The translations under genes were made by a program, and so were the position numbers. Under the pieces are notes generated by a model. That model did not search any database and was not told the DNA's origin. It saw only the letters and a program-made list of their open reading frames with translations. Positions 29,714 to 39,085 of a stretch of 58,791 bases of DNA are shown piece after piece (position 1 is the stretch's first letter; every line of letters starts with the position of its first letter). The stretch is from Candidatus Thorarchaeota archaeon (GTDB lineage: Archaea > Asgardarchaeota > Thorarchaeia > Thorarchaeales > Thorarchaeaceae): contig JAEOUG010000046.1 in assembly GCA_016839445.1 (NCBI GenBank), positions 1 to 58,791 on the forward strand. Reading direction: 5' to 3'.

Positions 29714-30445
29714 ATGACGCTGAAAAGCAAGGTCATGGGTAGCAGGTCAGTCGCACTCATCGCAGTGTTCACTGCACTGGTTGTGGTTCTTGACGCGATC
29801 CCCATGATTCCGGGATTCTACGGTGGCGTCTGGGATTCCTGGGTATTCCTGTTCAGCCCGCTGGTAGGTGTGATTCTGGGACCGACTGTGGGTTTCTTCT
29901 CAATCCTCTTTGGAAGTCTGATTGGGCATCTGCTCTACTTCAGAGACGTCTTCGAGCTTGTATTCATGGTAGGAGCAGCGCTGGGCAGCGGAATGGCGGG
30001 ACTGGCATATCGACGGAAGTGGAGGCCAGTGATGGGAGTCTATACAGTGCTGCTGATGCTCTACTTAGTGTATCCGGTCTCATGGAGCCTGCCGTTATTT
30101 GGCATCTGGGACGTCCTTGCAGGATATGCTGTGGTTACACTCTTCTCAGTGATGACTACAAGGAACGCGCTGCCCAAGGACAGAGATAGAAGAATGGCAA
30201 CTCTGCTTGCCCTTGCAGGAATCATTGGACTGGAGTCAGACGTTTTGTTCAGAGTGGTCCTTCTGGTGCCAGGTCAGACGTACTGGTTCTTCTACGGACT
30301 CGATCCCTCACAGCTGGTGCTCCTATGGCTCGCCGCCGGAGTGATTACCCCCATCAAGGTGGCAATGGGGACTGTTGCGGTGGTAGTCGTTGGCCTCACC
30401 CTACTACACAGCTTGAACTCAATGGAGCTTGGGTTACCTTCTTAG
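29714..30445 (+). CDS. membrane protein, ECF S-component-like
   Basis: VALIAVFTAL start, GVILGPxxG motif, 6-7 TM. Confidence 0.6.
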   Translation: MTLKSKVMGSRSVALIAVFTALVVVLDAIPMIPGFYGGVWDSWVFLFSPLVGVILGPTVGFFSILFGSLIGHLLYFRDVFELVFMVGAALGSGMAGLAYRRKWRPVMGVYTVLLMLYLVYPVSWSLPLFGIWDVLAGYAVVTLFSVMTTRNALPKDRDRRMATLLALAGIIGLESDVLFRVVLLVPGQTYWFFYGLDPSQLVLLWLAAGVITPIKVAMGTVAVVVVGLTLLHSLNSMELGLPS

Positions 30446-30473
30446 GAGTGTTTTACCAAGGCCAGACGCGAAA

Positions 30474-31562
30474 ATGCAGCTATTCGTCGTTGCCCTCCAC
30501 CTGGTGGTCTTCGTACTCGGGTTAGTCCTTCTGATATACGGCTCCGAGTACTTCGTTGAGTCCGCCTCCAGGATTGCAAAGGGCATGGGTGTGTCAGAGC
30601 TCTTCATTGGGCTTACGATAGTTGCCATTGGCACCTCGTTGCCAGAAATCGTATCCAGCACGGCTGCGGTTCTCGCTGGGAAATCATCGCTTGCACTCTC
30701 CAATGTCTTAGGCAGCTACATTGCGAACATATCTCTCATCGTTGGCTTCTCGGCCGTGATTGCGCCCATTGCTGCAAATGCCATCGTTATTGAGCGCGAC
30801 GCCAAGATCATGATTCTTATCTCGTTCGTGCTCGGTATATCAATCTTCGACCCGCTAACACCAGGGGTCATTGTCCTCTGGGAGGCAGTCATCCTCCTTG
30901 TTCTTTTTGTGGCCTACATCTCCTTCCTGTACTACGGTCGTGAGGAGTGTGAGACGTGCTACCAGTTCTTCTTCTTTGTCGAGTACCTCATCAGACTGCG
31001 CTTCATGACCACACTGAGGGGTCTTAGAGGTCGTCCAAAGGCTCGCCAGAAGGAGGATGAGGAACAGGAGGGCACCGGGCAGGAGGAGAGAGTAGGAGTC
31101 ACTGCGCGTGACGCCCTAGTCGTACTCGTGGCAGCGGCCTTCATTGCAGTTGGAGCGCAACTAGTGGTCGTAGGAGCAGACTTCATGACTCTCGCATGGG
31201 GAATTCAGGAGGGCGTCGTGGGGGTCACAATGCTCGCAATAGGCACATCACTCCCTGAACTGACGGTATCACTGAACAGCGTTAAGAAGGGGTTCGGCAG
31301 GCTCCTCATAGGAAACGTGATTGGAAGCAACATTGTGAACGTAACTCTGGGTCTCGGACTCATCACCCTGTTTGTGCCGGCGAGTGTAGGGGTCAGTCTC
31401 GGGACGGTGACGCTGCTTGGTTTCACACTGGGCATGGGAATCCTGTTCTTTGCCATCATCAGGAAGAAATGGAGAGTCACACGGGCAAGTGGAACATTCC
31501 TGCTGCTCATGTTCGTGATGGCACAGATTGCCATCGTTTCAGTGACACAGATTCTAGGCTGA
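30474..31562 (+). CDS. calcium/sodium antiporter (CaCA)
   Basis: Two alpha repeats GTSLPE; GNVIGSNIVN. Confidence 0.93.
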   Translation: MQLFVVALHLVVFVLGLVLLIYGSEYFVESASRIAKGMGVSELFIGLTIVAIGTSLPEIVSSTAAVLAGKSSLALSNVLGSYIANISLIVGFSAVIAPIAANAIVIERDAKIMILISFVLGISIFDPLTPGVIVLWEAVILLVLFVAYISFLYYGREECETCYQFFFFVEYLIRLRFMTTLRGLRGRPKARQKEDEEQEGTGQEERVGVTARDALVVLVAAAFIAVGAQLVVVGADFMTLAWGIQEGVVGVTMLAIGTSLPELTVSLNSVKKGFGRLLIGNVIGSNIVNVTLGLGLITLFVPASVGVSLGTVTLLGFTLGMGILFFAIIRKKWRVTRASGTFLLLMFVMAQIAIVSVTQILG

Positions 31563-31564
31563 TT

Positions 31565-32065
31565 CTACTTCGCCAAGCTTCGGATTGCGGCTTCAATCTC
31601 CTCTTGGACTGGGAGCTCCTCTTTCGTCTGTGAGATCCACCTGTAGGTCACTCTTAGGTCCTCATCGACCACAAAGACGCTCTCACGTGGAACAGAGGTG
31701 AATGCCCCCTGCTTGTCTGAGAGCAGACCGTATGCCTTGGTGGCCACTCTATCGAAGTCACTTGCCAGTTCCAGAGTTATCTCGAACTCCTCTCTGAAGG
31801 TGTCAAGAGCGGGAACAGGCTCCGTGAGGATGCAGACATACCGAACAGGGATCTCCTTCAGATTGGACTTCACGCACTCGACAATACCCACCAGAGAGAG
31901 CGCGTTGTCGGCTATCGTATCCTCGAGGAAGGTCAGGACTGTGGCGAGTCCAGCACTATCACTCTGAAGACTGATCTCGCCATCAGGGCCACGCAGTGTG
32001 AAGCTTGGCACCACATCACCAATGCATGGAATCCCTTGAGCCTCAGGTGATTCGGAGGTTTCCAT
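31565..32065 (-). CDS. peroxiredoxin-like (AhpC/TSA fold) protein lacking the peroxidatic motif
   Basis: IGDVVPSFTL, LASDFDRVATKAYG, ESVFVVD; no PxxxTxxC. Confidence 0.75.
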   Translation of the reverse strand: METSESPEAQGIPCIGDVVPSFTLRGPDGEISLQSDSAGLATVLTFLEDTIADNALSLVGIVECVKSNLKEIPVRYVCILTEPVPALDTFREEFEITLELASDFDRVATKAYGLLSDKQGAFTSVPRESVFVVDEDLRVTYRWISQTKEELPVQEEIEAAIRSLAK

Positions 32066-32140
32066 AGCTCAAGTAGAGTCTGTTTCGGTTTTCAGGTTAT
32101 GGATGTGCAGATACTCTGTATGGATCTGTTAGGCACCGCC

Positions 32141-32339
32141 CTTCTTGCTGCCCCGTCTGCTATGTAGATAACAATGGTCACAGCCAGAGCTCTAACTACT
32201 ATGATGACTACATTCGAATCACCGGACTGACAGCCTGGACCTGTGGTTATTGACGTTCCAGTGATTCTGGGAACTACGTGCTGACAAGGAGCACATTCAA
32301 GATGACTGCTCCTGGAGTCATTAGTTCAGGCAGCAGAAG
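32141..32339 (+). ncRNA. candidate structured non-coding RNA (multi-branch, C/D-like boxes)
   Basis: Closing stem 32141-32152/32329-32339 encloses five hairpins; G-U pairs favour + strand; ATGATGA 32201-32207, CTGA 32227-32230. Confidence 0.45.
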
Positions 32340-32374
32340 AAAAGAGAGTTGGGAGAGGCCCCGGAGGACCTCTC
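32340..32374 (-). terminator. hairpin + UCUCUUUU element after acs
   Basis: Minus strand GAGAGGTCC-tccg-GGGCCTCTC, 5 nt, TCTCTTTT. Confidence 0.65.
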
Positions 32375-32388
32375 GGAAACTGATTAGC

Positions 32389-34383
32389 CTACTTGATGCG
32401 CTCTGCGACCAAGGTCTCAACAACGGTGGGATCAGCAAGAGTGCTGGTGTCACCGATCTCTTCGATCTTGCCGTCAGCAATGCGCTTCAGGATTCTGCGC
32501 ATGATCTTCCCTGAACGGGTCTTGGGGAGAGCGTCTGCGAACTGGACCTTGGCAGGAGTGGCAATGGGACCGACCTCTGATCGTACCCACTTCCTTAGCT
32601 CCTCGCGGAGTTCGTCGCTCTTGTCAACGCCGACCTTGAGAGTAACGAAGGCATAGATGTCCTCGCCCTTGATCTCGTGTGGGAATCCGACCACTGCAGT
32701 CTCTGCGACTGAGGGATGCTTCACGAGAGCGCTCTCAATCTCTGCAGTGCCAAGCCTGTGGCCAGAAACCTTGAGGACGTCATCGATACGACCCATGACA
32801 AAGTAGTATCCATCATCGTTGTACCGTGAGCCATCTCCGGTCATGTACATTGGCTTGCCAGTGTCAGGGTCCTTGTACTGGACCCAGTAGGTGTTCACGA
32901 AGCGCTTGTGGTCGCCATACACGGTCCTCATGAGACCAGGCCACGGCTTCTTGACACAGAGGTACCCACCCTCGTTGGGACCACAGGGAGTGCCATCCTC
33001 AGCAACGAGGAGGGGATCCACGCCATGGTACGGGTAGGTGCAACTACCAGGAATGGTAGATGTGGCTCCGGGCAGGGGTGTGAAGATGACACCACCGGTT
33101 TCGGTCTGCCAGTAGGTGTCGACAATCGGGCACTTCTCCTTACCAACCACTTCGTGGTACCAGAGCCATGCCTTTGGGTTGATAGGCTCACCAACTGTAC
33201 CCAGGAGATTCAGAGATGAGAGGTCATGCTTCGTGACCGGCTCGTCGCCGAACTTCATCAACGCACGAATGGCCGTAGGAGCAGTGTAGAACTGGGTCAC
33301 CTTCCACTTCTCGACCTCATGCCAGAACCTGTCAGGCTCAGGCCAAGTAGGGACTCCCTCGAACATCATGGTAGTGGCACCAGCAGCCAGCGGCCCGTAC
33401 ACAATGTATGAGTGGCCAGTAATCCAGCCAATGTCTGCTGTGCACCAGTAAACATCACCAGGATGCCAGTCGAAGATGTCAAGGAATGTCTTGGCAGTGT
33501 AGACCATGTAGCCACCTGTGGTGTGCAGGACTCCCTTGGGCTTGCCAGTGGAGCCTGATGTGTAGAGGATGAACAATGAGTCCTCAGCATTCATCCACTC
33601 TGGCTCGCACTTGTCATCAACCTTGGCGTAAAGCTCGTGATACCAGTAGTCACGTCCCTCAGTCCAGGGTGTGTCATTACGTCCAATCCTGTTGACGACT
33701 AGAACCTTCTCAACGACTGATACGTTCTCGAGGGCCTTGTCAACATTCTCCTTCTGTGGGATTACCTTTCCTGCGCGGTAGTAGCCGTCAGCTGTGATCA
33801 GAACCTTGCTCTGGCAGTCCTCGATTCTATCAACCAAGGAATCAGCAGTGAAGCCTCCGAACACTATACTGTGAACGACGCCGATACGCGTGCACGCCAG
33901 CATGATAATGGCTAGCTCAGGAATCATGGGCAAATAGATGGTAACAGTGTCGCCCTTCTTGAGGCCCATGCCCTTCAGGACATTGGCGGCCTTGCTCACT
34001 TCGGAGAGAAGCTCGCTGTAGGTGAACGTACGACTCTCATCCACAGGATCGCCCTGCCAGATGATTGCCATCTGATCACCCTTTCCAGCCTTCACGTGCA
34101 TATCCAGACAGTTGTACGCCATATTGGTGACACCGTCTTCGAACCACGTAAACTCAGCATTCACTGGGTTCTTCCAGTTGAAGCCCTTGGTGGGTTCTTT
34201 CTTCCAATAGCACAAATCTTTGGCAACTTTAAGCCAGAAACCGTCGGGGTCTTTGATTGACTGCTCCCAGAGCTTCATACGTTCGTCATGGCTCTTTACA
34301 TAGGCCTTGTCGATGAAGCTCTTCGGTGGTGGGAACCGACGCTCTTCCTGACTTGTAACAGTGATTTTCTTCTCGCTAGACAT
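32389..34383 (-). CDS. acs: acetyl-CoA synthetase (AMP-forming)
   Basis: [46 protein letters not shown]. Confidence 0.97.
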   Translation of the reverse strand: MSSEKKITVTSQEERRFPPPKSFIDKAYVKSHDERMKLWEQSIKDPDGFWLKVAKDLCYWKKEPTKGFNWKNPVNAEFTWFEDGVTNMAYNCLDMHVKAGKGDQMAIIWQGDPVDESRTFTYSELLSEVSKAANVLKGMGLKKGDTVTIYLPMIPELAIIMLACTRIGVVHSIVFGGFTADSLVDRIEDCQSKVLITADGYYRAGKVIPQKENVDKALENVSVVEKVLVVNRIGRNDTPWTEGRDYWYHELYAKVDDKCEPEWMNAEDSLFILYTSGSTGKPKGVLHTTGGYMVYTAKTFLDIFDWHPGDVYWCTADIGWITGHSYIVYGPLAAGATTMMFEGVPTWPEPDRFWHEVEKWKVTQFYTAPTAIRALMKFGDEPVTKHDLSSLNLLGTVGEPINPKAWLWYHEVVGKEKCPIVDTYWQTETGGVIFTPLPGATSTIPGSCTYPYHGVDPLLVAEDGTPCGPNEGGYLCVKKPWPGLMRTVYGDHKRFVNTYWVQYKDPDTGKPMYMTGDGSRYNDDGYYFVMGRIDDVLKVSGHRLGTAEIESALVKHPSVAETAVVGFPHEIKGEDIYAFVTLKVGVDKSDELREELRKWVRSEVGPIATPAKVQFADALPKTRSGKIMRRILKRIADGKIEEIGDTSTLADPTVVETLVAERIK

Positions 34384-34499
34384 TGAAAATGTCACCTGAA
34401 AGCATCGATACTTTGGGCGCTAGCCCTGAAATGCACTATAAGAAGATTGTCCATTAGTCGTTGGATAGATTGCAGCCTGCAGACAGACCTGAAGATGCA

Positions 34500-34537
34500 A
34501 AAAGAGAGGGAGGAGCGGGGATTGTGTAGCCCCGCTC
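34500..34537 (-). terminator. hairpin + UCUCUUUU element after OFA transporter
   Basis: GAGCGGGG/CCCCGCTC stem, 5 nt, TCTCTTTT on minus strand. Confidence 0.65.
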
Positions 34538-34547
34538 ATTGAAGTTT

Positions 34548-35822
34548 CTATGCTCCGCGCTTGGTCCTGAGGATCAGGGTGAAGACAATTGCCACGATGG
34601 CCAAGACGCCTGTGATCAGGAAGGCCAACGAGTAACCTGCGATTGCTCCAAATGTGCCAGCTACTAGAGCGCCAAGGATTCCTGCGATACCGTAGGCAGT
34701 GAAGACGACACCGTAGTTCTTCCCTACATGCTCTGAACCGAAGTAGTCAGCAGTCGCTGATGGAAAGAGGGCGAAGTTGCCGCCGAAGCAGAAGCCGACC
34801 ACTGATGCGATAACTGTCACAATGATCCAAGATGTGCCAGTGGGTACGAAGGCGAAGGCAAACATCGCTATCGCTAGTACGAAGAACATCAGGATGAAGG
34901 TGGAATTCCTGCCAATTGAGTCGGAAACCCTTCCCCAGACAATCCTGCCTGCTGCGTTGAAGATAGACATGATTCCTGCTATCAATGCCCCCAGCTCCAG
35001 CGTCACGACCAAGGAGTCGAGCTCGCCTGCTGCAGACACCACGTTTCCGAGGGTCATGAGACCAGCTGTGGCTGCAAAGACGAACATGAGCCAGAGAACC
35101 CAGAAGTCGCTTGTCCTTACCATCTGCCCAGGCATCAGGCCTGTTCCCGCACCGTCAGCAGTTGAAGACGGCGGTGTGAAGCCTTGAGGTAGCCAGCCCG
35201 CAGGAGGATTGACGAGCATCTGAGAGCCAATGACCACAAAAACGAGGTAGATGACACCCAAGACTAGCAGAGGAAATCCAATGAATCCGCTGTAGACGCC
35301 CAGGAGGTACTGCTCTACGTAGTTGAAGATGAGGGCACCGCCGCCGAAACCGGCAACTGCCACTCCAGTCATCAGACCCTTCTTGTCTGGGAACCACTTC
35401 ACAAGAGCGGCAATAGGACATACATACGCAAAACCAATGCCAGCTCCGCCTATTATTCCGTAAGTGATTATCAGATAGACTGTTCCCGTCACTATGTTGG
35501 CGCTGAAGCCGAGCACATCGACAAGGCCAGAGAGAATCACTCCAATTCCTAGGAGTATTCCTCCGACAGTAGCCACCTTACGTGGTCCAACACGATCCTG
35601 CCAGCGTCCAGCGAATATCATGAACAGCGCAAAAGATGCAAGACCAGCAGCGAATGGTAGATTGGACCAGAGCTTGTCCCACTCATACATACCACCATCG
35701 GCAATGGTCTCGTACAGAGCTTTCTGGAATATGCTCCACGCATAGATGGAACCCAGACAAAGCTGCACAATGATTGCACCTAGAACTACTAGGTTACGAT
35801 TACCCAAATTCTCTTCAGACAT
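34548..35822 (-). CDS. OFA-family (oxalate/formate-type) MFS transporter
   Basis: LGSIYAWS, GRWQDRVGPR, KWFPDKKG, FGGNFALFP, GKNYG. Confidence 0.9.
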   Translation of the reverse strand: MSEENLGNRNLVVLGAIIVQLCLGSIYAWSIFQKALYETIADGGMYEWDKLWSNLPFAAGLASFALFMIFAGRWQDRVGPRKVATVGGILLGIGVILSGLVDVLGFSANIVTGTVYLIITYGIIGGAGIGFAYVCPIAALVKWFPDKKGLMTGVAVAGFGGGALIFNYVEQYLLGVYSGFIGFPLLVLGVIYLVFVVIGSQMLVNPPAGWLPQGFTPPSSTADGAGTGLMPGQMVRTSDFWVLWLMFVFAATAGLMTLGNVVSAAGELDSLVVTLELGALIAGIMSIFNAAGRIVWGRVSDSIGRNSTFILMFFVLAIAMFAFAFVPTGTSWIIVTVIASVVGFCFGGNFALFPSATADYFGSEHVGKNYGVVFTAYGIAGILGALVAGTFGAIAGYSLAFLITGVLAIVAIVFTLILRTKRGA

Positions 35823-35972
35823 GATAGAGTTCACCTATCAGATTGTCAGGTATTGACTCGCTGGCGGCAAGTTCCGCACTAAAAGCCTTCCGCCTAGCTT
35901 CCTCATAGTGTCCCTTGCAAACGCCTATTAATCACGGTTATTCACGAAGGTCTACATCGCGAGGAATGTCAC

Positions 35973-37862
35973 GTGGCGGCCAATGCGAACTGGGCAGAGA
36001 AATACAAGAAGAAAGTACTGACTGCGGAGAAAGCAATCAGGAAGATTAAGCGCGGAGAGAGAATATTCCTTGGAACCGGTTGTGGTGTGCCGTATCATCT
36101 CGTGCAACAACTGGCAAAGAACGCATCACAGATGGCTGACAACGAGATAGTGCACCTCTTGACACTAGGTGACACACCTTCGGCCGACCCGGGGTTCCAG
36201 AGCCAGTTCCGACACAATACCTTCTTTGTGAGCGCCAACATCAGAAACACCGTTTCAGAGGGGCGTGCAGACTATACGCCAATTATGCTATCAGACATTC
36301 CAGCACTTTTCACGCAGAGAAGGATGCCTCTTGATGTGGCAATGATTCAGGTCAGCCCACCCGATAGGTATGGGTACAGCTCTCTTGGTATCTCAGTGGA
36401 CATAACCAAGTCAGCCGCCGAGAGCGCAGACGTGGTCATCGCGCAGGTGAATGATAGGATGCCTGTGACGCACGGTGACTCCTTCATTGACGTGAGAGAC
36501 ATAGACTATCTTGTGCCGTACAATGAACCACTTCGTGAGTTTGAAGGAGCAGAGATTGACGATACCATTGATCTCATTGGAAGCTATGTTGCGAGGCTTG
36601 TCGAGAACGAGTCAACCCTCGAGCTTGGGATAGGTGCCCTTCCTCAGTCAGTCTGTAACAACCTCATGGATAGCGGAGTCAGAGACCTTGGGATTCATAC
36701 GGAGATGTTCAGTGACAGTCTCCTGCCACTCATAGATGCGGAAGTTGTAACCAACAAGAAGAAGACACTCCATCCAGGAAAGGTGATTGCTAGTTTCGCC
36801 ATGGGCTCCAAGAAGCTGTACGATCAGATTGATGATAACCCACTGTTCTCTTTCAGACCAACTGAATATGTCAACGATCCGTTCGTGATAGGTCAGAATA
36901 GAAAGATGATTGCCATCAATTCTGCCCTGGAAATCGATCTTACAGGACAGGTCTGTGCAGACTCCATCGGTCACAGCTTCTACAGCGGCATCGGAGGACA
37001 GGTTGATTTCATACGAGGGGCAAGGAGGTCTCCGGGAGGCAAGGCCATAATCTGTCTACCCTCGACGGCCGCTGGAGGAAGCGTGTCGAGGATCGTGCCC
37101 CGACTTAGCGAGGGTGCAGGAGTGGTCACGACTCGCGGAGACGTTGACATTGTGATTACTGAGTACGGTCTTGCGAGCCTGGCTGGGAAGACAATCAGAG
37201 AGCGCGTGCTCTCACTGATAGCGATAGCTCATCCTGACTTCAGGAATAATCTTCTAGAAGCAGCGAAGAACATGCACTACGTCTTCGAGGACCAAGTGCC
37301 ATTCCTCGTACAGGGAACTTACTTTGCCTCTGAGTATGAGACGGTTGAAACCTTCAAGGGGCCCGATGGCCAAGTGGAGGTCAATTTCCGGCTCATTAGG
37401 CCTGACGATGCTGACAGGATCAAGGACCTGTTCTACGGATTGAGCGAGGAGAGCATCTACTTCAGGTTCCTCACGCCACTTCGCACACTGCAGAGACAGA
37501 CTCTGCAGGACTTCTACAATGTCGACCAGGCAAGAGACATCAGTGTCGTTGCCGTGATCCGTCCTGATGAGGAAGCTGAGTCCGAGGAAATCATTGGTGC
37601 CGGACGCTATCTTCTAAACAGAAGCACAAACGAGGCGGAATTCGCATTGCTGGTCCAAGACGAATATCAGAGCCGAGGAATAGGCACCTTCCTGCTCAAT
37701 CACCTGATGAGGATTGCCAAGAGCAAGGGCGTCGATGCCTTCATTGCATATGTCCATCCCCAGAACCAGCCAATGATTCGCTTCCTCCATAGGACGGGGA
37801 AGGTCATTGAGAGCAATCTCTCAATTAAGGACGAGGAATACATCTTCAAACTCAAACTCTAG
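35973..37862 (+). CDS. acetyl-CoA hydrolase/transferase fused to C-terminal GNAT
   Basis: LGIHTEM, EIDLTGQV, SGIGGQVDF, VITEYG; then ESIYFRF, AEFALLVQDEYQSRGIGT. Confidence 0.92.
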   Translation: MAANANWAEKYKKKVLTAEKAIRKIKRGERIFLGTGCGVPYHLVQQLAKNASQMADNEIVHLLTLGDTPSADPGFQSQFRHNTFFVSANIRNTVSEGRADYTPIMLSDIPALFTQRRMPLDVAMIQVSPPDRYGYSSLGISVDITKSAAESADVVIAQVNDRMPVTHGDSFIDVRDIDYLVPYNEPLREFEGAEIDDTIDLIGSYVARLVENESTLELGIGALPQSVCNNLMDSGVRDLGIHTEMFSDSLLPLIDAEVVTNKKKTLHPGKVIASFAMGSKKLYDQIDDNPLFSFRPTEYVNDPFVIGQNRKMIAINSALEIDLTGQVCADSIGHSFYSGIGGQVDFIRGARRSPGGKAIICLPSTAAGGSVSRIVPRLSEGAGVVTTRGDVDIVITEYGLASLAGKTIRERVLSLIAIAHPDFRNNLLEAAKNMHYVFEDQVPFLVQGTYFASEYETVETFKGPDGQVEVNFRLIRPDDADRIKDLFYGLSEESIYFRFLTPLRTLQRQTLQDFYNVDQARDISVVAVIRPDEEAESEEIIGAGRYLLNRSTNEAEFALLVQDEYQSRGIGTFLLNHLMRIAKSKGVDAFIAYVHPQNQPMIRFLHRTGKVIESNLSIKDEEYIFKLKL

Positions 37863-37873
37863 TGGTGACTCAA

Positions 37874-39079
37874 ATGGCACTTCTCCTCAGAACTGGAAAC
37901 CTCATTGTCGGGGACGGTAGGGCTCTCAAGGATGTGGAAGTACTCATTGAGGAGGACGTGATTGTCGACGTCGGGTCAGACCTTGACCGCCCCGCCGATT
38001 GTGAAGTCCTGGACTACTCAGATAGAGTAGTGATGCCCGGACTGGTGGATGCACACCTTCATGTCTGCTATGATGGAGTGACTCTGGATCCTGCGGCCGT
38101 TCGCGCACTTGATGACGAATTCATGGCCATCAGAGGAGCTCGTCTTGTGGAGGGGCTCTTGGACTTCGGAATAACGACGGTGGCTGATGCAGGAGCGAGG
38201 GGGAAGGTCTCATTCGCGGTGAAGCAGGCATTTGAGAAAGGCATCATCAAGGGACCGAGGGTGCTGGTGTCAGGACGAATGATCACAATCACCGGCGGCC
38301 GCGACCCGGGTTCTGGGTGCCTAGAGGCAGATGGAACTGATGCCGTGAGAAAGGCGGTACGAGAGGAGATAGCCAGAGGTGTGGACTTCATAAAACTGGC
38401 TGGCACTGGAGCCATCTCGTCTGCACACACTGAGAGCATGAGCGCCCAGTTCGATGAGGAGGAACTGAGGGTTGCCACCTATGAGGCGCACAAGGTCGGG
38501 AAGCCTACACACTCGCACGCATATGGAGATCTGGGCATCAAGAATACTGTTCTGGCAGGTGTCGATGTTCTAGTTCATGGCCATCCATTGAACAGAGAGA
38601 ACTTGGAACTGATGAAGCAGATGGGCACCATCTACATGCCAACTATCGTGACTTACTACGAGTCGGTGCTTCACCACGACGAGGGAGAACTTCCTGCGCA
38701 TATGATTCGCAAGGAGAAGGAGGTGTTCCCTCTGATCAAGAAGGGTGTTCAGGATGCAGTGAAGGGGGGCATTGAGATCGCTGTTGGGACTGACACAGGT
38801 CTGCCCTATACGCTCTATGGGAAGGCTCCTGCCGAAGAGATGTCTCTGCTTGCTGAGTACGGGGGGATGTCTGCGATGGAGGCGATTGTTGCGGGAACGA
38901 GGAACGCTGCCAAATCTCTGCGCGTAGACAGTAGGATTGGGACTGTAGAGCCTGGCAAGTCTGCAGACATTGTAGTTCTGGATTCAGGAATCGACCCGCT
39001 TGAAGACATCAAGGTACTTCAGCAGAAGGACTCATTCTCAATGGTGGTCCTGAAGGGGAAACCGGTTGTCGAGCGCTGA
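37874..39079 (+). CDS. metal-dependent amidohydrolase
   Basis: PGLVDAHLH, FIKL, HSHA, VHG, GTD, GTVEPGKSAD. Confidence 0.92.
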   Translation: MALLLRTGNLIVGDGRALKDVEVLIEEDVIVDVGSDLDRPADCEVLDYSDRVVMPGLVDAHLHVCYDGVTLDPAAVRALDDEFMAIRGARLVEGLLDFGITTVADAGARGKVSFAVKQAFEKGIIKGPRVLVSGRMITITGGRDPGSGCLEADGTDAVRKAVREEIARGVDFIKLAGTGAISSAHTESMSAQFDEEELRVATYEAHKVGKPTHSHAYGDLGIKNTVLAGVDVLVHGHPLNRENLELMKQMGTIYMPTIVTYYESVLHHDEGELPAHMIRKEKEVFPLIKKGVQDAVKGGIEIAVGTDTGLPYTLYGKAPAEEMSLLAEYGGMSAMEAIVAGTRNAAKSLRVDSRIGTVEPGKSADIVVLDSGIDPLEDIKVLQQKDSFSMVVLKGKPVVER

Positions 39080-39085
39080 AGCAGC

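Noticed and set aside
32141-32339. SECIS, RNase P RNA, SRP RNA, hammerhead or lysine riboswitch as the identity of the structured region
   Set aside because: No linked gene with in-frame UGA; lacks GAGGAAAGUCC-type, SRP helix 8, CUGAUGA/GAAA core and lysine aptamer signatures
32274-32514. ORFs 32274-32480 (-) and 32278-32514 (+)
   Set aside because: Overlap the acs 3' end and its terminator; no motifs
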